Below are positions 45,319 to 57,698 of a stretch of DNA of 64,000 nt, in pieces. The stretch spans positions 3,784,001 through 3,848,000 of the forward strand of contig CM075996.1 of the NCBI GenBank assembly GCA_038087875.1. The letters run 5' to 3'. The position numbers and the translations under genes were made by a program. Within the stretch, counting starts at the first letter, position 1. Each line of letters begins with the position of its first letter. Below the pieces are notes generated by a model that worked only from the letters and a program-made list of their open reading frames with translations, had not been told where the DNA came from and ran no database searches. This DNA comes from Malacoraja senta (taxonomy: Eukaryota).

Positions 45319-45712
45319 ACTTTTGCTTATCCGTATTCTAGTCGCTTGTCACCCAGTGAACCCCAGCAAACGTGTCTTCTCTTACTCAGCTGTGTTTCCT
45401 GTGGAGCCCAGGCTCACCTCTATGTAATAACCCTGTGTCTTTGAAGGTATAGTGTGTGTTTGTGTATATGAATGAGTTATGGGTGAATGAAGGTGTACTG
45501 ATGAGTACCAACCCGTGTATATGTGTGCATCTGTATGGGTGTACCTAAAGAGTGCAGTTGTGTGTCCACAAATGCATATACATATCTACATGTGCCTCAA
45601 TTGTAAATGTTTCATGCTTGTAAACACCTCTTGGAATATATATATATATATATACATTGTCTTGGTCAAGTTATGAGGGCCCTAGATTTCTGATTCCGAG
45701 CTTGCCAGTAGC

Positions 45713-46036
45713 TTAGTTTAATTTAATTTAGTTTAGTTTAGAGATACAGCGCGGAAACAGGCCCTTCGACCCACCGAGTCCGTGCCGACCAGCGATCCCC
45801 GCACTGTCGCACAATCCCACACACACTAGGGGCAATTTACAATTATCCCAAGCCAATTGGACCTATAAACCTGCGTGTCTTTGGAGCGTGGGAGGAAACC
45901 GGAGATCCTGGGGGAAACCCACGCAGGTCACGGGGAGAGCGTGCAAACTCCGTACAGACAGCACCCGTAGTCAGGATCGATCCCGGGTCCCTGGAGCTGT
46001 GAGGCAGCAACTCTACCGCTGTGCCACCATGCCACC
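45713..46036 (-). mobile_element. V-SINE (HE1-like), full length
   Basis: Reverse-complement consensus with (TTTAG)n tail. Confidence 0.85.
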
Positions 46037-47034
46037 CTGATACTTGTGGTATGGTTTGCCGTTAACCTGGCCACAACTAAATGAGTAGATTGAATGGGAC
46101 TCGAGAGGGCAGAGCTACTTACTGGAGGCCAGGCCTTAATGCTCATCATCTGCCCCATGCAACCAAGGCACAATGGGCCCGTTTGTTCAATGTTCGTCCA
46201 TTGCCTTGTGCATGTGAAGGTTGAGCTCTGAAATGTATTGTATTTTGTTTTGAAAGATTAATTTCCTCTTGGTCAGTCTGTTGACAGGGTAGTTTGTTTC
46301 CCTCCATAGATCCACGTCCCTTATAAGTTCGTGTTGTAGGAGCTGAATGAGGCCATTCGGCCCGTCAAGTCTACTCCGCCATTCAATCATGGCTCATCTC
46401 TCTGTCCCTCTCAATCCCAATCTCCTGCCATCTCCCCGTAACCCCTGGCACCCGTACTAATCAAGAATCTATCTTTCTCCAATGGATTCGAAATATCCAT
46501 TGACTTGGCCTCCACAGCCTTCTGTGGCAATGAATTCCACAGGTGAACAGAGTATAGAAGTCAACAGGTTGACACCATCAAAGGGGACTTCCCTCAACCA
46601 ATTTCTCTCACAAGATTCCTGGCAGATCAAAGCGTGGGGGATTAAATTGTAATTTGCAGTGTTTAAAGGGCATTCATTTTATATCCTCCCCAAGTGCCCT
46701 GAATCCATTTCCTTTTTTATTTATTTTTTTCCTGTTTTTTATTTATTTTTTAAAAAGGAACGAAAGGGAAAGCAAGAAGAGAAGAAAGGAAAGAGTGAAA
46801 GAATTGAGTAGAGAAGAACGAGAAAAAGTCCCCTAAACTACCAAAGCAGTGTAGCAGAAAGACAGAGGAATAAGAAAAAAATGGAGACATCCCTTGCCCC
46901 TGACTCCATTTCCAACTCAGCTAATCGTCTCGTACTGAGAACTGGCAAAACATGTTTCTGGTGAGGGTTTTACAGAAGGCTAGTTTGTGTTATTTCTTCC
47001 TGCCTGTGGTAGGATTGACTTTTACCATCTGTTC

Positions 47035-47065
<31 letters not shown>

Positions 47066-47226
47066 ACGTGCGTGCGTGCATGTGTGTGTGTGTACGTGCG
47101 TGCATGTGTGTGTGTGTACGTGCGTGCATGTGTGTACGTGCGTGCATGTGTGTGTGTGTACGTGCGTGCATGTGTGTGTGTGTACGTGCGTGCATGTGTG
47201 TACGTGCGTGCATGTGTGTGTGTGTC
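47035..47226. repeat. (TG)n compound repeat with tgtacgtgcgtgca units
   Basis: Directly visible. Confidence 0.9.
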
Positions 47227-49372
47227 TGCTCTCTCCCTCTCTACTGCCACACCACATTGCTCTAAACAAATAGCACAAGGCAGAGAGCTTAAAAACAATA
47301 ACAAAAAAACAGCCAACCAGGCAAAACCATAGCAGCATTTTGAAAATGGAGCCCAAAGCCATTTTAGTTCAAGAAAGAAACGTTTTATTAGGTTTTCAAA
47401 CTTTTTAAACAAGGAAATATATAGTTCATGAGGGTATCGATATCAGTGTTAGGTAGCTTTGTAGTACAGTGTTTCCTTTGTAGCTTGTATATATACATAT
47501 ATCAGGAATTTAGATAGCTGGAAATTTGTTTTAAATTACAGCTCCAATTTGCTGATTGATCGGAGGGTAGGGGAGGGGGGGGGGGTTGGATGGAACTATC
47601 AAAGATTGTGTGGAACTTGGACCAGGTTTGTGGAATAATCCAGCCCTCCCCACAGTCGTTAAGGTTTTAAATCAGGTACCGAGATGAACTCTGCTGCGTG
47701 CGTGTATTACGTGAGATCATTTTAGAAATGGCTTTCCTTCGCAGAGTTTGTGATGGCTCTTCATTTGCGTTTTTGCTGGTGATTTTTTTTTTTTTTTTTA
47801 CGCCGAAAAGAAAGGTTTCTGGACTTCCTTTGATTCCGTGGCAAAAAGAACAGTAACACACTACCCCAACCGAACAAACGACAGAAAAAAACGAATTAAG
47901 TTATTGAAAATGCCGGTGCGTCCTCTTTGGTTTTCTGTCTCTCATTTCCGCACTAAACCCCCCAATCGAATACGGGCCTCGCGCGTTCACAAATACTCCT
48001 TGTCACGTAAGAAGCTATGAACTGTTACGCGCTGTACCATGCAATGTCAAGTGCATTGAGGCTAAAGTACCTTCGGGCCTCGTTCTTTACAGTGACACAG
48101 GAGTTAAGTCACGAGTTCATCGGGACAAAGAGTAAAAGAGAAAACACTAGCCAATCTCTTGGGTTTACTGGTTAAAATAACCCTGAGGGGTCATTGACAC
48201 CCCCCAACACTGGTCAAGATGGTGGCTGTAACTGGTGGGTCATCTGCGGCCATTTTGGCCAAGCTCTCGTTGCCATTTTGAAATCCAGTGGGGTACTGCC
48301 GCTGAAGCCGACGCTAAATTTGTCCCCCTTCCCTCCCGAGTGGGAAGGGAACCCTCGCCAATGAGTAGGACGTGAAGTGGGTGACCCAGCCTGGAAGTTC
48401 GAGGGGCTTTGAGGCCGGAGCCACGTTCCGCATGCCACATTGGACCCCCTATTGTTTTAAATAGGCAAACGGACCGGGAGTGTGTGTGTGTGTGTGCGTG
48501 TGTGTTACACAAGCCCGTATTACCCCCCCCCCCCCCCCCCCCGACACTCCACCGGCCATCGGTACGCTGGGCAAGGGGGGCGAGCAGAAAGCACTTTGAG
48601 GGACCATTCCTGAAGCTGACCAACCAATCCCAACCAAAGACGGCGGGAAAATGGGCGAGCTCATATCGCGAACCCTATTATCACTTTACAGCGGAGATTC
48701 CTTCACCCTGTTAATTTAAAAGAGATTAGCACTTTTGACTAAATAGATATTTAATGAGTTTGCCTCGCCAGTGGTCTCCTCAATGGAATGAATATGGAGA
48801 GAAGACACACTAAACTTGGTCTAGTTGGGGGAAGGGGGACAGAGAAGGGGAGTTTTGGAGACTGGGAAGAGGATGCTCCAATGGCATTTTACTGGGCTGC
48901 AATTGCTTTGAGGAATGTCCCTTGCGTTTCAATCAGATGTATGTTCAAACCTCTGGCCGCCCAAGGTAGGTGAGGCTGGGATGCTCCACCACATTACTAC
49001 CTGTTCAGAGCAGCGTGGAGGAACCTTCTGCTTGGCTTCCTTCCCCCATCCATCTGCTCAGCTCTCCCGAAACTCAAATATTCCATCTTTGCCACTTTAG
49101 AAGGTGAACTGGGGAGGAAATGTAAACCCCCCACCCCCCCCCCCCCCCCCCCCCACCCGCCCCCGCCCCCCCGGCTAAAAAATCACAAAGAATGGGAAGC
49201 GAGAGACAAATTGTCGGATGTTTTTTTCCACGATATGTTCCTTCCTCTGTATATAACTATGGTGCGGATGTTTTAAAAAAAAATACACAGGACATTGCTA
49301 TGTAAAAATCTGTACATAGAGAAAGATTCTTTTTTCTATTGGAAATCATTTCTTGTCACTTTATATTCAAAA

Positions 49373-49378
49373 AATAAA
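49373..49378 (+). terminator. Candidate distal polyadenylation signal of grin2b
   Basis: AATAAA at the end of a unique AU-rich block. Upstream UGUA elements (TGTATATA 49248, TGTACATA 49311) and a downstream U/GU-rich tract (tgtctttctttggctttt). Dense repeats resume immediately after. Confidence 0.5.
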
Positions 49379-50114
49379 GTCTACAACACTTCAAAATGCT
49401 GGCATGTCTTTCTTTGGCTTTGAGTCATAAGTAATAGGAGCAGAATTAGGCCATTCAGCCCATCAAGTCTACTCTGCCATTCAATCATGGCCAATCTATC
49501 TCTCGCTCCCAACCCCATTCTCCTACCTTCTCCCCATAACCCCTGACACCCGTACTAATCAAGAGAAGGGTTTCGGCCTGAAATGTTGCCTAATTCCTTC
49601 ACTCCATAGATGCTGCTGCACCCGCAGAGTTTCTCCAGCACTTTTGTCTACCAAGAATCTATCTATCTCTGCCTTAGAAATATCCACTGACTTGGCCTCC
49701 ACAGCCGTCTGTGGCAAAGAATTCCACAGATTCACCACCATCTGACGAAATAAATCTCTCCTCATCTCCTTCCTGAAGGAACATCCTTTTATTCTGAGGC
49801 TGTGACCTCTGGTCCTGAACTCTCCCACTAGTGGAAACATCCTCTCCACATCCAGGCCTTTCACTATTCAGTAAGCTTCAATGGAGGTCCCAATCAAGGA
49901 ATAAGGGGAGAAGGCAGGAACGGGGTTCTGATTTTGGATGATCAGCCATGATCATATTGAATGGCAGTGCTGGCTCGAAGGGCCGAAATGGCCTCCTCCT
50001 GCACCTAATTTCTATGTTTCTATGTCCCCCCCTCATCTAAACATCCTTCTAAGAGTCTGTCATCCAAACTCATCCATCCAAGATTAATCCAAGATAATAT
50101 TGGATGGATTAGAA

Positions 50115-50487
50115 CAGGGGTGGGGAGCCTGCGGCCTTAAGGCTGCATGCGGCCTTTTAGACCATCAAGTGCGGCCTTTTAAATGAATCCAAATTTTGTA
50201 GAACAAATCCTTTTATTTATATTCATATGTTTTTGTTCGTCTTTTATTATTTTTATTTTTATCTTAAAATGAACGTATATAAAATACCAAAGAGTAAAAG
50301 AAGATTCAACAAAATAATCCTCCCCAGACTGACGGCCACAATTAAAACATTAGTGAGTCATGAGGGCTATTTTAACAAATTAATGTACATTTTGAAGTGT
50401 ATCTAATTGAAGTATCTTGGATGCGGCCTTGTTAGATTACAGCTAACTTAATGCGGCATTCCAACATGAAAAGGTTCCCCACCCCTG
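50115..50487. mobile_element. Non-autonomous hAT (Charlie/Buster-type) MITE, 373 bp
   Basis: TIRs CAGGGGTGGGGAGCCT / AGGTTCCCCACCCCTG. Perfect 8-bp TSD GATTAGAA (50107-50114, 50488-50495) with central TA. Confidence 0.88.
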
Positions 50488-50705
50488 GATTAGAACGTAG
50501 AACAGGGCACAATGTCCATGCCGTACATGATGCCAAATTAAACTCCTCTGCCTACATGTGATCCCTATCCCACTATTCCCTGCATTTCATGTGCCTATCT
50601 AAAAGTCTCTTAAATACCACTATCCAAACACCCAACACTCTCTGTATGTGATAAAAATAACTTGCCCTGCACAGTTTTTTTACACATTCCCCCTTTCACT
50701 TAAGT

Positions 50706-50733
50706 CTGAAGAAGGGTTTCGGCCCGAAACGTT
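50706..50733 (+). ncRNA. Minimal hammerhead ribozyme-like motif
   Basis: CUGAAGA-A-GGGU-UUCG-GCCC-GAAAC-GUU, identical to the cores at 25808 and 51324. Confidence 0.6.
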
Positions 50734-50947
50734 GCCTATTTCCTTCGCTCCATAGATGCTGCTGCACCCGCTGAGTTTCTCCAGCATTTTTGTGTACCTC
50801 CCCCTTTCACTTATGTGCTCTAGTCTTTGACATTTCCATCCTGGTGTAAGGGTTCAGTTTGTCTATCTTATGACTTTCATAATTTGTTATACTTCTATCG
50901 GGTCTACCCCTTCGACATCCGATGCTCCAGAGAAAATAATCAGTTTG

Positions 50948-51451
50948 GTAGACAAAAGTGCTGGAGAAACTCAGCGGGTGCAGCAGCATCTATGGAGCGA
51001 AGGAAATAGGTCGGTCCGCATTAACCAACCTGATCTCCCGGTGGCTCAGCACTTCAACTCCCCCCTCCCATTCCGAATCCGACCGCTCTGTCCTGGGCCT
51101 CCTCCATGGCCAGAGTGAGCACCACCGGACATTGGAGGAGCAGCACCTCATATTCCGCTTGGGCAGTCTGCACCCCAGCGGCATAAACATTGAATTCTCT
51201 AATTTCCGGTAGCCATTGCTGTCTCCTCCCCTTCTCAGCTCTCCCTCAGCCTTTGGGCTCCTCCTCTTCCTTTCTCCTTTCTTCTCCTCGCCCCCTCCCC
51301 TCCCCCCCAAACCCTACATCAGTCTGAAGAAGGGTTTCGGCCCGAAACGTTGCCTATTTCCTTCGCTCCATAGATGCTGCTGCACCCGCTGAGTTTCTCC
51401 AGCACTTTTGTCTACCTTCGATTTTCCAGCATCTGCAGTTCCTTCTTAAAC
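50948..51451 (+). mobile_element. Penelope-like element fragment with inverted 5' terminal piece
   Basis: GIY-YIG C-terminal peptide ([31 protein letters not shown]), hammerhead core at 51324-51351, inverted copy of the tail at 50948-51010, 15-bp flanking direct repeat aaaataatcagtttg. Confidence 0.85.
51324..51351 (+). ncRNA. Minimal hammerhead ribozyme-like motif
   Basis: Identical core lying just 3' of the PLE GIY-YIG coding remnant. Confidence 0.6.
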
Positions 51452-52178
51452 AAAATAATCAGTTTGTCCAATCTCTCCTTATAGCTGTAGAAACAAGGAA
51501 CTGCAGATGCTGGTTTACAAAATAAGACCCAGAGTGCTGGAGTAACTCAGTGGGTCAGGCAGCATCTCAGGACAACATGGATAGGCGACGTTTCGGGTCG
51601 GGGTCCTTCCACAGACTGAAGAAGGGTCCTGACCCAAAATGTCACCTATCCATGTTGTCCTGAGACTCCGCCTGACCCTGTGAGTTACTCCACCACACTG
51701 TTGTCTCTCCTTATAGCTACCTAAAACCCTCTAATCAAGGCCGCACTCTTCTACACCCTCTCCAAAGCCTTCACCTCCTTCCTGTAATGGGGTGATGAGA
51801 ACACACAACACTCCAAATGCGGCCTTTAACTAAAATGTTATAAAACTGCGACATGACTTCCTGATTCAGAATAATCCTTCCCCCATCCAATGTGGAAAAT
51901 GGTACAAAAGTTGATCAACTTTCCCTGTTCTCCTCAACCTCTGCCATAATCAATCTTCAACCTCCGCCCACCCTCGAGTCATTACAGTCACATTTCAGCC
52001 CTGTGTAGTCCAGATTTAATCTTTAGACTGTAGACTTTAGAGATACTGTGTGGGAAACAGGCCCTTCGGCCCACCAAGTCCGTGCCGACCAGCGATCACC
52101 CCTGTACACTAACACTATCCTACACACACTAGGGACAGTTTACAATTTTCACCGAAGCCAATTAACCCACAAACCTGT

Positions 52179-52801
52179 TAAAGAAGGAACTGCAGATGCT
52201 GGAAAATCGAAGGTACACAAAAGTGCTGGAGAAACTCAGCGGGTGCAGCAGCATCTATGGAGCGAAGGAAATAGGTAAAGTTTCGGGCCAAAACCCTTCT
52301 TCAGACTGATAGGGGGTGGGGAGAAGAAAGGAAAAAAGGAAAAAGGCGGAGGAGGAGCCCGAGGGCTGGGGGAGGGGAGGAGACAACCAGAGGGCTGATG
52401 AAGGGGAGGGGACAGCAAGGGCTAGCAGAATTGGGAGAATTCAATGTTCAAGCTCCCAGGATGTAGACTGCCCAAGCGGAATATGAGGTGCATTTCCTCC
52501 AATTTACGGTGTTGCTCGCTGTGGCCATGGAGGAGACCCAGGACAGAGAGGTCAGATACGGAATGGGAGGGGGAGTTGAAGTGCTGAGCCACCGGGAGTT
52601 CAGGTTGGTTATTGCGGACCGACCGGAGGTGTTCGGCGAAACGATCGCCAAGCCTCCGCTTGGTCTCACCGATGTAGATCAGCTGGCATCTAGAGCAGCG
52701 AATGCAATAGATGAGGTTGGAGGAGATGCAGGTGAACCTCTGTCGCACCTGGAACGACTGCTTGGGTCCTTGAATGGAGTGGAGGGGGGAGGTGAAGGGA
52801 C
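52179..52801 (-). mobile_element. Penelope-like retroelement, 5'-truncated: GIY-YIG endonuclease C-terminus plus terminal repeat with hammerhead-like core
   Basis: ORF 52422-52748 (NLIYCIRCSRCQLIYIGETKRRLGDRFAEH...PVAQHFN...LGSLHPGSLN) is the GIY-YIG domain typical of PLEs. Inserted in a SINE with a ~15-bp duplication (52164-52178 / 52802-52816). Confidence 0.85.
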
Positions 52802-53376
52802 AACCTACAAACCTGTACGTCTTAGAAGTGTGGGTGGAAACCAGAGCACCCGGAGAAAACCCACACGGTCACGGGGGGAACGTGCAAACTCCGTACAGAC
52901 AACACCCGTAGTCAGGATTGAACCCGGGTCTCTGGCGCTGTGCCACCGTGCCACTCTGTAACAGCCTCTATCTCTGGTACGATCCTACAACAGTGTTTAA
53001 AAATCCGTGTTAAACTTAATAAAGTCACATGTGCGAATCTCTTAGGATGAAACTCATTGTAAAGAGAAACCTTTCCCATGTTTAAGATTCAGTGAAATCG
53101 CAGCTGTTCTTAATGTGGTTGAATCACTAGAGGAGAAACCAGAAAATCAAGATATTATTTAAAATTACAGTTAATTAATTAAATTCTGTGATATTAAAAA
53201 AAATAACTAACTACCGGGATGTAGTTAAAACCCAAATTGCTCGAAAGACACAGTGTAGATCACTGACTTCAAAGGGAAACCCTGTTTTGTTTTCCACAGG
53301 TGCAGCCTGACCTACTGAGAATTAACATTTTTATTTCAGATTTACCACATCTGTAGATATTGCTTTTACATTTGTG

Positions 53377-53695
53377 TTTAGCTTAGTTTAAAGATACAGT
53401 GCGGAAACAGGCCATTCGGCCCACCGAGTCCGCACCGACCAGTGATCCCCACACACTAACTCCATCCTACACACTAGGGACAATTTTTACATTCACACCA
53501 AGCCAATTAACCTACAAACCTGCACGTCTTTGGATTGTGGGAGGAAACTGAAGATCTCGGACAAAACCCACGCAGGTCACGGGGAGAAGGTACAAACTCC
53601 GTACAGACAGCACCCGTAGTTGGGATCGAACCAGGGTCTCTGGCGCTACAAGTGCTACAAGGCAGCAACTCTACCGCTGCGCCACCGTACTGCCC
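53377..53695 (-). mobile_element. V-SINE (HE1-like), full length
   Basis: Reverse-complement consensus; subfamily with a 9-bp insert in the tRNA-like head. Confidence 0.85.
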
Positions 53696-53997
53696 TTGTG
53701 TCTCCCGTCTCAGTGAAGAACTATCAATCTCACCCACGTGAGACGCACAGTCTCCACAAAGCCCACTTATCCACATCTATTTGAGGAATAGATCAGGTAA
53801 GATGCACAGAGTCTCTTGCCCAGAGTAGGTGAATCGACTACCAGAGAGCATACGTAGGCTTAAGGTGAACGGGAAAAGATTTAATAGGAATCTGAGGGGT
53901 AACCTTTTCACACAAAGGGTGGTGGGTGTATGGAACGAGCTGCTAGAGGAGGTAGTTGAGGCTGGGACTATCGCAACGTTTAAGAAACAGTTAGACA

Positions 53998-54627
53998 GGT
54001 CAAGTCAAGTCAAGTCACATTTATTTATATAGCACATTTAAAAAACAACTCTCGTTGGCCAAAGTGCTTTACATTTGTTATAAGAATAGCACAAACAAAA
54101 CAAACTACATACATATATACATGTAGCCCTCACTCAGAGGACATCAGGAAAGGCTTGGGAGTATAGATAAGTCTTTAGTCTTGACTTAAAAGAGTTGATG
54201 GAGGGGGCAGTTCTGATGGGAAAGGGGATGCTGTTCCACAGTCTAGGAGCTGCAACCGCAAAGGCGCGGTCGCCCCTGAGCTTATGCCTGGACCGCGGGA
54301 TATTCAGCAACCCCAAGTCGGCCGATCTGAGGGGCCTGGAGGTGGAGTGGTGGGTGAGAAGACTTTTTATGTAGGTGGGGGCGACTGTGGAACAGCATCC
54401 CTCTTCCCATCAGAACTGCCCCCTCCATCGACTCCTTTAAGTCAAGACTAAAAACTTATCTATACTCCCAAGCCTTTCTTGACGTCCTCTGAGTGAGGGC
54501 TACATGTATATATGTATGTAGTTTGTTTGTTTATACTATTCTTATAACAAATGTAAAGCACTTTGGCCAACGAGAGTTGTTTTTTAAATGTGCTATATAA
54601 ATAAATGTGACTTGACTTGACTTGACC
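53998..54627. mobile_element. Two L2-clade LINE 3' ends fused head-to-head, forming a ~245-bp-arm inverted repeat
   Basis: RGDRAFAVAAPRLWNSIP..SFKSRLKTYLY peptide on the minus strand. Arms 53998-54243 and 54383-54627, each ending in a (GACTT)n tail. Confidence 0.85.
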
Positions 54628-55059
54628 CAGAAGTTTAGTTCAGTTTAAGTTTTAGTTTGACCTTAGTTTCATTTATTGTCACGTGTGCCGAGGTACAGTG
54701 AAAAGATTTATGTTGCGTGCTAACCAGTCAGCGGAAAGACAACACATGATTAAGAAGAAGGTCTGAATTAAGTGCGTAGGAAGTTACTGCAGATAATAGA
54801 CAATAGACAATAGACAATAGGTGCAGGAGTAGGCCATTCGGCCCTTCGAGCCAGCACCGCCATTCAACGTGATCATGGCTGATCATCCCCAATCAGTACC
54901 CCGTTCCTGCCTTCTCCCCATAGCCCCTATTTTAAGAGCCCTATCTAGCTCTCTCTTGAAAGCATCCAGAGAACCTGCCTCCACCGCCCTCTGAGGCAGA
55001 GAATTCCACAGACTCACAACCCTCTGTGAGAAAAAGTGTGTCCTCGGGTACACGGGTAG

Positions 55060-55390
55060 GATGTTGGTTTAAACCGAAGATAGACACAAAAAGCTGGAGT
55101 AACTCAGCGGGGACAGGCAGCATCTCTGGAGAGAAGGAACGGGTGACGTTTCGGGTCGAGACCCTTCTTCAGACTGGTTAGGGATAAGGGAAACGAGAGA
55201 TGTAGACGGTGATGTGGAGAGATAGAGAACAATGAATGAGAGATATGGAAAAAAGTAATGATGATAAAGGAAACAGGCCATTGTTAGCTGCTTGTAGGGT
55301 GAAAATGAGAAGCCAGTGTGACTTGGGTGGGGGAGGGATAGAGAGAGGGAATGCCGGGGCTACCTGAAGTGAGAGAAATAAATATTCATG
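55060..55390 (-). mobile_element. Penelope-like terminal region
   Basis: Intact reverse-complement hammerhead core at 55145-55172 (gacgtttc-gggt-cgag-accc-ttcttcag). Confidence 0.7.
55145..55172 (-). ncRNA. Minimal hammerhead ribozyme-like motif
   Basis: Minus strand CUGAAGA-A-GGGU-CUCG-ACCC-GAAAC-GUC. Equivalent intact minus-strand cores at 1230-1257 and 56186-56213. Confidence 0.55.
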
Positions 55391-56384
55391 AATTAAGATC
55401 TGAAGAAGGCTTCCGGCCTGAAACGTCACCCATTCCTTTTTCTCCAGAGATGCTGCCTTACCCTTAGAGCTGCTCCAACACGTTGTGTCCATCTTCGGTG
55501 TAAACCTGCATCTGCAGTTCCTTCCTACACACGATTACAATCGCGCACTGTCATCCCGCTTACAGCCAACAGCAGAGAGCCGCAGCAGTTTTGAAGACAA
55601 GGTGAGACCTTCAAAGTGGCCAAGGACAAGAGGAGCTTTCAAATGTATTTCCTGGCCACCTGAGCCACAACTACTAATTCCCTGAGACAAGGCTTGGTTC
55701 CTCACTTGGGGCAAATCCATGCAAAGACAAACCACCGTTGACAGCCAGACCGGAGAGCAGAAAATAGCACTTGTGACTGAGGTTCGCTTATTCAAAGTAT
55801 GTGGCCCGGGAGAAATCAGTGTACAATTGATCCATGTTTCCCGAAGGCAGTTTCAGTTCACGGAGAGAACGATTTTTTTTTGTTTTTAATCCATGCTTGA
55901 TGGTCTGTTGACACAAAACAGGGCGTCAATGGGAAGACAAGACTCTGGTTACAGCGTGAGTTCCCCAAGGCTGGGAATGGAGAAATAAAGACTGACATTC
56001 CTCATCTCATCAAGTGCCAGTGGAACAATGTGGAACACACATTGAAGAACACACTGCAGCCCGGAATGGAGAAGCATTTTTAGTTTAGTTCAGGAAAGAA
56101 CTGCAGCAGCTGGTTTAAATTGTAGACACATAATGCTGGAGCAACTCAGCGGGACAGCCAGCATCTCTGGAGAAAAGGAATGGGTGACGTTTCGGGTCAG
56201 GACCCTTCTTCAGACATTGTCTGCAGTTGAAACCGGCCTGGAATAACTACTGAACATCCTTGACTGCAGAAGTTGCTGTGGCATTGGGCAACTAAATCCA
56301 TTTCAGCGGAAATAAATTGTGCTATTGATTTCATCATGACCTTTGAGGGAACTCACACAGTCTGACCTCTTGCTGGTCACTCTG

Positions 56385-56770
56385 TAGAAACATAGAAACA
56401 TAGAAAATAGGTGCAGGAGTAGGCCATTCGTCCCTTCAAGCCAGCACCGCCATTCAATATGATCATGGCTGATCATCTAAAATCAGTACCCTGTTCCTGC
56501 TTTTCCCCCCATATCCCTTGACTCCTTTAGCCCTAAGAGCTAAATCTAACACTCTCTTGAAAGCATCCAGTGAATTGGCCTCCACTGCCTTCTGTGGCAG
56601 AGAATTCCACAGATTCACAACCCTCTGGTCGAAGAAGTTTTTCCTCATCTCAGTCCTAAATGGCCCACCCCTTATTCTTAACTGTGTGACCCCTGGTTCT
56701 GGACTCCGCCAACATCGGGAACATTTTTCCTGCATCTAGCCTGTCCAATCCTTTAAGGATTTCATATGTT
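56385..56770 (-). mobile_element. CR1-clade LINE 3' fragment
   Basis: FRTEMRKNFFDQRVVNLWNSLP peptide and (TTTCTATG)n tail. Confidence 0.85.
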
Positions 56771-57477
56771 TTACACCAACATCAAGTGGAGCTGATCTCT
56801 GCCCTCGATGCAAGTTCATGACTATTAGTGACGATTTACAGATGGCCAATTAACCTACAAACCCGCACGTCTTTGGCATGAGGGAGAAAACCGGAGCAAC
56901 GTGCCTCGGTACACGTGACAATGAACTACACTAAACTAAGCTAACTAACAAAGGATATCACCATGTTTAGAGCTGAGGGAAAGGTTGGAGGGTTTTAAGA
57001 TGTGACTGGGAGTTGTGTGGCTTCCAAACCTCCGCACGTGGTGACAGATCCTCATCTGCAAACCATCAGCCAGATCTGAGTTGGGATATGTGTAGGAAGG
57101 AACTGCAGATGCTGGTTTAACCGAGGACAGACACTAAATGCTGGAGTAACTCAGCGGACAGGCAGCGTCTCTGGAGAAAAGGGATGGCGGTCATTCCGAC
57201 AATAGTCAATGGACAATAGGTGCAGGAGCAGGCCATTCGGCCCTTCGAGCCAGCACCGCCATTCAATGTGATCATGGCTGTTCACCCCCATCAGTACCCC
57301 GTTCCTGCCTTCTCCCCATATCCCCTGACTCTGCTATTTTTAAGAGCCCTATCTAGCTCTCTCTTGAAAGTATCCAGAGAACCGGCCTCCACCGCCCTCT
57401 GGGGCAGAGAATCCACAGACTCACCACTCTCTGTGAGAAAAAAAAGGGTCGAGACCCTTCTTCAGACAACATATAGA

Positions 57478-57698
<221 letters not shown>

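Noticed and set aside
44677..45444. 255-aa Pro/Leu/Ser-rich ORF and overlapping ORFs
   Set aside because: Translation of a C/T low-complexity tract.
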